Sequence record: MZ475893.1
Reading direction: 5' to 3' (one strand)
DNA: 64,000 nucleotides
Shown here: one piece after another, positions 27,697-35,616 of the stretch
How the letters are laid out: the number at the start of each line of letters is the position of its first letter
How positions within the stretch are numbered: position 1 is the first letter of the stretch
Notes under the pieces: generated by a model
What the model saw: the letters and a program-made list of their open reading frames with translations, nothing else
What the model was told of the DNA's origin: nothing
The model's database searches: none
Program-made: the position numbers and the translations under genes

Positions 27697-28131
27697 CTAA
27701 TACGAAACAAGGCGGAAGGCATTCTTCTTGAGAAGATTCAAATTGCCTAACATGAGACTGTAGGCCATTGTGCCGTGCTCTTTAATAAGCTCGTCAGGCA
27801 CAAGTGAACCGAAATAAATTGAGCGGTCTGGACGTGAGTTAATCTCTACGCCACTGGACTTCATTGCATTCGGTACGATGAAGCACCAAGGCTCTGCAAC
27901 GTACTTACCTTTCACATACTGAACTCTATAGCCAACGGCAACGCGCTGGCCTTTCGGCGGGCTGTATGAAAAGACATCCGTCTGCAATTCGAGGGCTTTC
28001 GATACGGAGAAAAGCGCCATAGTCAGAAAGCGTTGCTCGAATTGTGGAATGAATGCGTTGTCTTCGCATATCTTTTTCAGTACAGCCTCTTGCCGTGCTC
28101 GTGGGAACGAAGCGAAGAGGCTCAGGTTCAT
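27697..28131 (-). CDS. Hypothetical protein
   Basis: 144 aa, 4-nt overlap with tmk. Confidence 0.65.
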   Translation of the reverse strand: MNLSLFASFPRARQEAVLKKICEDNAFIPQFEQRFLTMALFSVSKALELQTDVFSYSPPKGQRVAVGYRVQYVKGKYVAEPWCFIVPNAMKSSGVEINSRPDRSIYFGSLVPDELIKEHGTMAYSLMLGNLNLLKKNAFRLVSY

Positions 28132-28742
28132 CCGAGACGCGCCAGAATCTGTCGAACTACCTCAGACACAGATGCCGTTTCAGTATCGATAACAAGATCG
28201 AAACCACCAGGCACTTGCTTGTAGCGTTCGCTGTATTGCTCGAACACTTCTTTGGTCTGACGTTGTTCTATGCGGTCTTCACCACCAACGCGATGTTTAC
28301 GGCGCTCTACCGAAGTCTCATAAGAAACATTCAGCAGCACAGTAAGGCGCTTCTCAGGTGCGAGCACTTCCCACGTATGACGATAGATGCGATCATTGAT
28401 ATCCGAATCACCCGCTTGATAAACGAAGGTGGACGGATAACCACGATCAGCAATAATCATCGTGTTCGGTTCGTTAGCGAGAATACGCTCGTAGGAATTC
28501 ATGGTCGATGAACGCGCGGCCAAGAACAGCAGCATTTCGGTGCGACTGTCCATATCTGTTGCGAGGCCGCCTCTGTCGTTAAGCAGAATATCACGCAGAT
28601 GTTCTGACAAAGGAGTACCACCAGGCTCGCGCAGTCTCAGGACCTGAGAACCACGTTGTTGCAAAATTTCGGAGATTGCTGTGCAAACGGTAGATTTGCC
28701 AGAACCTTCGGGACCTTCTACTAAAAGATAAACAGAGTTCAT
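28128..28742 (-). CDS. tmk: Thymidylate (dTMP) kinase
   Basis: VEGPEGSGKST P-loop, LREPGGT, EMLLFLAAR, IIADR motifs. Confidence 0.92.
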   Translation of the reverse strand: MNSVYLLVEGPEGSGKSTVCTAISEILQQRGSQVLRLREPGGTPLSEHLRDILLNDRGGLATDMDSRTEMLLFLAARSSTMNSYERILANEPNTMIIADRGYPSTFVYQAGDSDINDRIYRHTWEVLAPEKRLTVLLNVSYETSVERRKHRVGGEDRIEQRQTKEVFEQYSERYKQVPGGFDLVIDTETASVSEVVRQILARLG

Positions 28743-28751
28743 AGGGATTCC

Positions 28752-29243
28752 TTAGGCAAATCGCCCACCACGCCATGCGGCCTTGATGAGCAACTTAGCC
28801 ACGATTTCGTTCTTCATTGTCTTTCGCTTTGCATTGCTACGGACAAATGCAGAGCCGAACTTATTCACGACAATCAAACCAACACCGCTCACGCGTATGC
28901 GTTCGATTATTCTATCGCCGTGAGATTCAAACAGAGCCTCGTCTATGGCAAAGTACATACGCATACAAAACGGTAGATACTTGTGCCACTTCTTATCGGT
29001 ATTGAAATCAGCCCAGCAACTCTTAACCTCAGTGATAATCATATCGCATTTGGTATTAAGGCAGAACACATCTGCTCTTAGATTGCCGTGCTTAATCAAA
29101 CCCAGCTCAACATGACAGGAATAACGTTTGTCAATCCAATAACGCTGAGCTGCCTCAGTGATAAACATAGTCCTATCAGGACGACTCATTGAGGCAAAGA
29201 CTGCCTGTGTTTGACGTTCAGCTTTGCGGCGCTTAAAGGCCAT
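28752..29243 (-). CDS. MmcB-like (DUF1052) PD-(D/E)xK nuclease / DNA repair protein
   Basis: E..L..G.LRADVFCL...IITEVKSCWADFNTDKKWHKYLPFCMRMYFA is the MmcB-family pattern. Confidence 0.8.
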   Translation of the reverse strand: MAFKRRKAERQTQAVFASMSRPDRTMFITEAAQRYWIDKRYSCHVELGLIKHGNLRADVFCLNTKCDMIITEVKSCWADFNTDKKWHKYLPFCMRMYFAIDEALFESHGDRIIERIRVSGVGLIVVNKFGSAFVRSNAKRKTMKNEIVAKLLIKAAWRGGRFA

Positions 29244-29688
29244 ACGAGTCGATAATGTCCAGCGCCTGAGCTAAAATTGGGCGGAGTTTCTTGTCCACCT
29301 TCTTTAGAGCTTTATCAGCACTGAACCACTTACGCTCACGCATGCCTGCTTCATCGTATTCAGTCAGTTCCTGCTTGACCTTCATGATGAACCATTCAAC
29401 GTTCTGGGCGCGGCCGGTCTTGCCTTTAACATACTTCATAATGTCAATGAAGTCTTTAGGCTTACCGAGAATGCCGCCTTCTTCCATGGCTTCTTTAAGC
29501 GCGGAATCCAGTGGCGTCATACCTTTCTCAACGCCACCTTTAGGGAATCCCCAATTGTTTCCGTGTGTGGTGCGAATCAACAAGATCTGCACTTCACCTT
29601 TTTTCTTTTTGTATGGGACAACGCCTGACTGCTTACGCGCTTTCTTTTCAGAAGGCAGCTTAGCAGAGAGTGACACATTCAGCATCAT
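29233..29688 (-). CDS. Nudix hydrolase
   Basis: Nudix box WGFPKGGVEKGMTPLDSALKEAMEEGG; N-terminal SGVVPY..ILLI resembles the diadenosine-polyphosphate/DIPP subtype. Confidence 0.9.
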   Translation of the reverse strand: MMLNVSLSAKLPSEKKARKQSGVVPYKKKKGEVQILLIRTTHGNNWGFPKGGVEKGMTPLDSALKEAMEEGGILGKPKDFIDIMKYVKGKTGRAQNVEWFIMKVKQELTEYDEAGMRERKWFSADKALKKVDKKLRPILAQALDIIDSYGL

Positions 29689-30185
29689 AGATAATCACTT
29701 CCACGAGGCATGTTCACTTCCCAGCGTCCAGAGTTGTCTACCCACAGACCGTTATCTTGCAGGCGCTTGTACGCATCATACAGAGAGCATGAGGCGAGCA
29801 CTTGCAGTTCAGTGCCGAAGTCCGACATTGAATAGCTGTAGATAGATTCAGGCAGGTATGACAGGCGCTGGCCTTCATACGAGTCGTGAACAATACAGCC
29901 ATCAGCATCAGTAACAACAGCGTGAGATGCAACGAGGGTAGGCCCCAGAACAACGATACGATAGTCTGGGTGCTTGTTGTAGTTGCGCTGAATGAACAAC
30001 GCAGCTTCTGCAAACGGACGTGCGACTTGCGCAGCGCGTGTGCAGTTTTGCTCAAACGCAGATTCAGACAAAGAGCGTGCACCAGTCAAATTCATGGCCG
30101 ATGCAAAAATCATTGTTGTCAGATCGTTTGGTGCGATAGCTGTGGGGAAGAACTTCGTGCCCCACGCTTGATCTAAAGAAAGCAT
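29685..30185 (-). CDS. Hypothetical protein
   Basis: GGAG RBS, 166 aa; first gene after a GCTAATTT motif. Confidence 0.65.
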   Translation of the reverse strand: MLSLDQAWGTKFFPTAIAPNDLTTMIFASAMNLTGARSLSESAFEQNCTRAAQVARPFAEAALFIQRNYNKHPDYRIVVLGPTLVASHAVVTDADGCIVHDSYEGQRLSYLPESIYSYSMSDFGTELQVLASCSLYDAYKRLQDNGLWVDNSGRWEVNMPRGSDYL

Positions 30186-30215
30186 GGACCGTCTCCTTAT
30201 TCGATAGTCTAAACT

Positions 30216-30223
30216 AAATTAGC
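30216..30223 (-). promoter_or_regulatory. Candidate late promoter motif GCTAATTT
   Basis: 31 nt upstream of the 30185 start, in a short intergenic gap. Confidence 0.55.
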
Positions 30224-30224
30224 G

Positions 30225-30515
30225 TTAATCAGCAGGACAGATAAGGACTTGTCTGCGATTCTGCATAAAAGACTTTGGAGCAGGGCCACCTATCACGATA
30301 GCGTATTTTAACAGGAAGCCAGGCTTCTTTGTCGCTACGTTACAGCCACCGTGTGAAAGAGCTGCTAGAGCTTGACTGCGAAAAGGACCGGTCAAGCAGA
30401 GTGTATGAGCGAAGAAGGGTTTGCTCACCTTCTTCATTGTTCTGCTCATCAGAGCGCGGATAGCTTCGCATTGTTCCGCAGTAGGCTCAGCACCGCAATA
30501 AACATCGAAATGCAT
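30225..30515 (-). CDS. Hypothetical protein
   Basis: 96 aa, stop/start overlap with the upstream gene. Confidence 0.5.
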   Translation of the reverse strand: MHFDVYCGAEPTAEQCEAIRALMSRTMKKVSKPFFAHTLCLTGPFRSQALAALSHGGCNVATKKPGFLLKYAIVIGGPAPKSFMQNRRQVLICPAD

Positions 30516-31216
30516 TATGCGCCCTTAATAGTCATCAGGCTCTTGTACAGGCCGAATCGTTTAGAGAAATCAGCAAGCGCATGGCTAGCCATATCTGCGG
30601 AATCAATCTGCTTAGTGATCAGCTTGCAGTTAGATGCGCTCAGGTTGTTTGCATTGTCTTCGTACAGTACAAGCGTGTGACCATCATAGCGCTTATCGTC
30701 CGTGAAGAACACACCAAACTCTTTCCACGAGCGAGTGCCGTACTCAAGGACGAACACCGATGCTTCATAGAAGCCAGTGCCCATCTCCTGACTGTTGTCA
30801 TTGAGGAAGTGCTGGTCAACGTGGTCAGCAGCAACAACGTCAATCGTAATGAACTCACACACCTCAGGACAGTTGCGCAACCACGCACGCATACTGCGGT
30901 CAAAATACGCAGCCAGTGCGCAGCAGATGCAGCTACGATTGTTCGGGTCTTTATCGACGCGAGGGATAGCTGTCAACAAACGATCATACACAGCCCACGA
31001 GATGAAATCTGTGTCCAGACGTCCATCCGAGTACTCGTATTCTTCGTCGTTGATAACAAACAGATTGTGGCGCTGCATGTTGATGTTGCCTAACACATGC
31101 TTAACGCGGTTCATCTGCCCGTAAGGGAATTGGAATAGAACCTCGGTATTGATAACACGAGGTACGCCATTTTCTAAGTAGGCAAACTCCATAGGGTGCC
31201 GTAATACAGAACGCAT
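30515..31216 (-). CDS. Hypothetical protein
   Basis: 233 aa, AAGGA RBS; acidic and Cys-containing. Confidence 0.65.
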   Translation of the reverse strand: MRSVLRHPMEFAYLENGVPRVINTEVLFQFPYGQMNRVKHVLGNINMQRHNLFVINDEEYEYSDGRLDTDFISWAVYDRLLTAIPRVDKDPNNRSCICCALAAYFDRSMRAWLRNCPEVCEFITIDVVAADHVDQHFLNDNSQEMGTGFYEASVFVLEYGTRSWKEFGVFFTDDKRYDGHTLVLYEDNANNLSASNCKLITKQIDSADMASHALADFSKRFGLYKSLMTIKGA

Positions 31217-31226
31217 TGTCTTTCCT

Positions 31227-32015
31227 TTAGTTCAGGTGGATTATCTGGCCATTAGCTGTAATGTCTTGACCTGCTTCAATTCCGACGCGGCCTTTGACGT
31301 CCAGAGTATCATCGCCCTTTATTGTGGTCTTGCGATTACCTTCAATCACAACTGTCTGATTGCCTGTAATCTTCGTGTACTGATTACCACCATCACCTTT
31401 CGCAACACCAGCAAACTTGATGCGCTTCTTAGGGTCTGGCTTGAGAGCTTTAGGCGTCATCGTCGGGTCATTCAAGATATAATCAGGAATGTCGTTCTTG
31501 CTGCCTGTGACGATAAGCTGTTGGTTGCCTACGATTGTCTGATTCACGTCACCCATGATCGTCATATTGAAATCACCAGACGTCACAAGGAAGTGTTCGT
31601 TAGTCAGACGGTCAATAATCAACTGCGTGCCTGTAGACAGACGAACGCCCACGCGATGCGGATAGTTAATCAAGAACTCGGGCAGCTTATCAGCTTCTGT
31701 CATGCGCACGTTGGTGCTGTATACGCCTTCATGCAACTGACCAGTAGGGAATCTGACAGATACCTTAGCGCCCATCATAGGAACGAACTGTGCACCGAAT
31801 ACAGTTCCAGTAGAGCCACCTTTGAGTCCTTCAAGATGACCGATGCCTGGACGAATCCACGGAATCATTTCATCAGGAATATCATCGGTGAGTCCCATGA
31901 TGCGTGCGCGTATCATCTGAATCTTCTTGGGGTCGGAGCTATCGATAACAATAGCTTCGTACTCCATTTGCGGGTCAATCCCTTTCTTTGAGTTTACAGC
32001 ATTTAGAGGAATCAT
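31227..32015 (-). CDS. Baseplate central spike (gp5/gpV-like: OB fold plus beta-helix)
   Basis: DPKKIQMIRARIMGL..W..P OB-fold pattern; C-terminal GNQT.VI.GN..T.I.GDD repeats. Confidence 0.85.
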   Translation of the reverse strand: MIPLNAVNSKKGIDPQMEYEAIVIDSSDPKKIQMIRARIMGLTDDIPDEMIPWIRPGIGHLEGLKGGSTGTVFGAQFVPMMGAKVSVRFPTGQLHEGVYSTNVRMTEADKLPEFLINYPHRVGVRLSTGTQLIIDRLTNEHFLVTSGDFNMTIMGDVNQTIVGNQQLIVTGSKNDIPDYILNDPTMTPKALKPDPKKRIKFAGVAKGDGGNQYTKITGNQTVVIEGNRKTTIKGDDTLDVKGRVGIEAGQDITANGQIIHLN

Positions 32016-33910
32016 TGTTTTACTCGCGGTAGGTACATCTCAAGTTTCTCACCGTCTGGTGTGCCTGTTTTATTAGAGCCATCAACAGTGCCGTCACCAA
32101 GAGAACACAGGAAGTTACGCAGGTCTTCTTCTGCCTGTCTGATCAACTGGCTCAAGTTAGTGCTCGGTCCCATCAGCTTACTGATAGAGGAAGCATCGAG
32201 ACACTTGTCAGGCAGAGAGTTGTCCAGCATCTTCTGCATATCATCAAGTTTGTTTGAGACGCAGCGCTGGTTGATCTGAGGACCATCAAGATACTCAGCA
32301 GGGATATCACCGTTAGCGATAAGACCGTTAATGTCACCGGTCATTCCGCCAAGCATATTCTCCATGCTGTCCAGACGACCAGCAAGTCCATCAAGTATGC
32401 CTGTCTTATAGTTGATGGACAGGTCAACGCTCATCTTCTGGAGTTTGTTAAGCGCAGCACACATACCAGTAAGCAGCTTGGCTAGGCTGAACTCCTGCAT
32501 AAGACTGTTTAGGTAGTCAGCACCTTCACCATACTTAGCAGCCAGCTCTGGGAACTTGAACGCTTCGCTGTCTACTTGGAACTGGTTAAGCATCACATCG
32601 AGTTTAAGGCTGTGTTGCTGTGCAATCCAATCGAGCGGGCTAGCACCATCAAGCGCCTGTTTGATGTTCGCGTTAATCTGCATAGGGCGCAGAATGTTAG
32701 CGACAGTATCGAGAGGAGTAAGGATGATGTTCTTACCACCACCGATATTCGACGTGCCTTCAACAGGAGTGAAGTTACGGGCCAACAGGAATGCTTCGCT
32801 GTACATGTGCCCTGAATAAACGCGAGTACGACCGATGATAATCCACTTGCCTGACAGCTTCTCATCGAGAATCAGTTCACGGTTAGAAGACACCATACCG
32901 GCAGTCACTTCGACAATATCAAACAGGTCAACCTCAGGACAGCCGCCCATGATTAGTGCGCGTGCAGTCTCGGTATACGTCATTGCCTGACGCTTGTTTG
33001 AATAGAACGCCTGCATGTATTTATCGTGCAGGTTAATGTCGTTCGAAGGTCTGGCGTAGGCTTTGCGTGCACCAACAATATCACCACGCGTATCGCTGTT
33101 GATGTTGAGAGGGTCACGGCCTTTAACAGTCACTGTGGACATTTCGTTGACAGCGCCTTTGCTATCAGCCCACAGCAGCTTGTCACCATAGTTCGACATA
33201 CCGTTGAAGATACCGCTAAGTGATTTCGGTCGGAACTCATGCACGTTGTACTCAGGACTGCGACCTGTTGGCGTGTGGTTGAATGTCCAATAAGCTACAG
33301 GGTCTTTGTCGAACTGCGCATTGAGGTCACGCACTATCATGCGCTTGTCTGCGCTGATAATCATCTTAGGTGCAGCTTCTTCCGATATCCAGATGTGCTG
33401 CTCAATCTCCGACGCAAACTTCTTAGGCGAACACGCAGCAGACACCCAGCTCATAATGTCTTTGGTCTGCATATCACCTGCATCGAGCGTAAGCCCACAC
33501 GACTGTGCGACTGTGCGTAGCGCCTCAAGGCTGGTGGATCGCATTGCATAAGAGCGAGAGTCAAAGAGGAACTTGGGTGCGTCTATGGCACACAGCACGT
33601 TCATCATATGGAATCCACCCTCGTCGTACTCACGCACGGCGAACACACTGAACGTCAGAGTGGTAGCTCTGTCAATAGAGGGTCCAGTGGTTATCGTGAT
33701 CTTTGTACCATCAACGATAGCATGAGAGCTACGCAGGATATTCGTGCGGTCAGCTAATACGAGAAGACAGGCAGGAACAGCGAAGGTGTTTTCATACGTG
33801 TGAACGTTGCGAACAAGATTCGGTGCATCCGGAGGAGCTTTACCGTCAAGCAACAGACCAAAGTAGCCCTGATTCTTGACGCCACCAGCGGAAGGATTTT
33901 CCATCGCCAT
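32012..33910 (-). CDS. Baseplate hub protein (gp27/gpD-like) with helical C-terminal extension
   Basis: Position immediately upstream of the spike; L.GKW.I...T..Y hub C-terminal pattern. Confidence 0.65.
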   Translation of the reverse strand: MAMENPSAGGVKNQGYFGLLLDGKAPPDAPNLVRNVHTYENTFAVPACLLVLADRTNILRSSHAIVDGTKITITTGPSIDRATTLTFSVFAVREYDEGGFHMMNVLCAIDAPKFLFDSRSYAMRSTSLEALRTVAQSCGLTLDAGDMQTKDIMSWVSAACSPKKFASEIEQHIWISEEAAPKMIISADKRMIVRDLNAQFDKDPVAYWTFNHTPTGRSPEYNVHEFRPKSLSGIFNGMSNYGDKLLWADSKGAVNEMSTVTVKGRDPLNINSDTRGDIVGARKAYARPSNDINLHDKYMQAFYSNKRQAMTYTETARALIMGGCPEVDLFDIVEVTAGMVSSNRELILDEKLSGKWIIIGRTRVYSGHMYSEAFLLARNFTPVEGTSNIGGGKNIILTPLDTVANILRPMQINANIKQALDGASPLDWIAQQHSLKLDVMLNQFQVDSEAFKFPELAAKYGEGADYLNSLMQEFSLAKLLTGMCAALNKLQKMSVDLSINYKTGILDGLAGRLDSMENMLGGMTGDINGLIANGDIPAEYLDGPQINQRCVSNKLDDMQKMLDNSLPDKCLDASSISKLMGPSTNLSQLIRQAEEDLRNFLCSLGDGTVDGSNKTGTPDGEKLEMYLPRVKQ

Positions 33911-33913
33911 ATT

Positions 33914-34126
33914 TTACTCCAGAATGCGAAAAGGCCCGCTAACAAAGCGGATAGCTATGTTACTCAGGCCATGTTGTTTCAACAGTTTTGCACAGCAGTT
34001 GCAGCAAAGTCTTTTGTCAGTTGGATTAATTACGGACGAGGCGTATTCGCTTATCACGTAATTGTCGTACGGTTCATCGCAGAACTGACACAGCTCCTGC
34101 TTTTCGAGTGATACTCGGATGCGCAT
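33914..34126 (-). CDS. Small zinc-finger protein
   Basis: CQFC...CCNCC. Confidence 0.55.
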   Translation of the reverse strand: MRIRVSLEKQELCQFCDEPYDNYVISEYASSVINPTDKRLCCNCCAKLLKQHGLSNIAIRFVSGPFRILE

Positions 34127-34128
34127 TG

Positions 34129-34596
34129 TTAGCCCTCGGCGTCAAGCTCCAGCGCAATGGCTTTCAGTTTCGCAGCAAGCAACTTAATCTCAGAAGACTT
34201 GGCTTGCATGTTAAAGCCACCACGCCCTGGTTTTATTTCAGAGTCTTTCTTCGTGTTGTACCACTTGCGCACTTCTACGACACGGTCACCGGCATCATCG
34301 TTAGCGAGATCAACAGACAGGAAGGTGTTAGGTCCGATTGCAATGCGAAACAGCTCTGGCTCAGAAGTCTCTTTGCGAGTCTTCTTTGCTTTCTCTTTCA
34401 CAGGCTCAGACTTTTTAGTCTTCTTAGCAGTCTTCGCTAACTCTCCCTTAAACTCATCCCAGCCTTCTTGGACAGGATGCTTCTTCTTCTTCTTAGCGGG
34501 CTTCTCTGCCTCACGTTCGACAGGCTTGACCTTGCTCAGGGTCTTCTTGATCTTCTTCGCTTTCGCGCCAACGATTTTGCCGTTAACCATTGCCAT
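34129..34596 (-). CDS. Lys-rich protein with C-terminal PC4/YdbC-like ssDNA-binding domain
   Basis: FLSVD...RVVEVRKWY...KPGRGGFNM...E matches the PC4 pattern; N-terminal half is histone-like K/E-rich. Confidence 0.65.
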   Translation of the reverse strand: MAMVNGKIVGAKAKKIKKTLSKVKPVEREAEKPAKKKKKHPVQEGWDEFKGELAKTAKKTKKSEPVKEKAKKTRKETSEPELFRIAIGPNTFLSVDLANDDAGDRVVEVRKWYNTKKDSEIKPGRGGFNMQAKSSEIKLLAAKLKAIALELDAEG

Positions 34597-34886
34597 TAGA
34601 TTTGCGTCCTCTTAACTTGCTTTATTGCAGCACTAGGACGAGGCTGGGGAATAGCAACGAGTGCGCCTGCCAGCATCTCGGATGAGTGAACCCACCCGTT
34701 AGCTATCAGAATATTCCGCCAGTATGCGTTAGTGCTGAGTTCTTTGTACGACAGCAACTGAGGATTTCCCTCCATGGATGCGTCAATACGTTTGGTAGTG
34801 AACAGCGATCTGTCCACGTCATCGAATACAGAAACAGACAGCGGGTCAATTCCCCACTTGTCTATGTTAGCGATAGTTTCAGCCAT
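34596..34886 (-). CDS. Baseplate wedge small subunit (gp53/LysM-like)
   Basis: LLSYKELSTNAYWRNILIANG...L.AG..V.IP is a LysM-like pattern. Confidence 0.7.
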   Translation of the reverse strand: MAETIANIDKWGIDPLSVSVFDDVDRSLFTTKRIDASMEGNPQLLSYKELSTNAYWRNILIANGWVHSSEMLAGALVAIPQPRPSAAIKQVKRTQI

Positions 34887-35605
34887 TTTTTCAGATCCTC
34901 ACGAGTCACGGCAAAGTAACTGCTTACCTGCAGGACGAAGTCAACGGAGATTGGATTCCCTGTACCATCTTCCCACACGTTGTCAAAGTTAGCACTGACG
35001 CTATCAACAACGCAGGGTGTCATAGAGAAGAAATTACCAATATCAACTGAGAACGCCTCGTCATCAGAAAACTCTATGTTCTGTCCAGCTTGAGCAGCAG
35101 CCGCATTAGCGATTGCTTTAGCAGGGCTTGGGCCTGGCGCAACAAGTATCCCGCCTACCTCAGACGGAGCACACAGGCTCAACAGATTATAGGTTGTCTC
35201 GACAACTTCGCTGCGTGTATCATCGTAAGCATCAACGAAGATAGGGAGGTCAAGCGTAAAGTAACTTGGTCCTCCCCACATCTTGAAGCTGGCCAACTTG
35301 TGAATGGAGCTGGCACCACCTAGCTTTAACGCTGAGTCAGCAGTGCCTGCGAGTCTACCCAACATACCGCCAGACCTATCAGAAATCCCCTGACCGATTG
35401 AAGTGTCCCCGAAAGGAGCACTCCAACCGCTTGACAGAGAGAACGTAAAGTCAGGTGGCACGAATCCGGTAAACTTGATGGTGCCGCTTTTGTTGTAGAT
35501 CTGAACACGGTACATGTTATCGACGCTTATCACGTCACCACGTTGTCGTGCAGTACCCACAGCAGTGGCGGTATTACCATCAGCAGGGATCAGATAGTTA
35601 GCCAC
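34862..35605 (-). CDS. Baseplate tail-tube cap/initiator (gp48-like)
   Basis: WGGPSYFTLDLPI, PCVVDSVSANFD, PISVDF.LQV; located next to the tape measure gene. Confidence 0.6.
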   Translation of the reverse strand: MANYLIPADGNTATAVGTARQRGDVISVDNMYRVQIYNKSGTIKFTGFVPPDFTFSLSSGWSAPFGDTSIGQGISDRSGGMLGRLAGTADSALKLGGASSIHKLASFKMWGGPSYFTLDLPIFVDAYDDTRSEVVETTYNLLSLCAPSEVGGILVAPGPSPAKAIANAAAAQAGQNIEFSDDEAFSVDIGNFFSMTPCVVDSVSANFDNVWEDGTGNPISVDFVLQVSSYFAVTREDLKKWLKLSLT

Positions 35606-35616
35606 AAATAGTCCTC

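Noticed and set aside
30225-30515. LCLTG...G..V pattern suggesting a stand-alone BRCT domain
   Set aside because: Too few conserved positions to support by eye.
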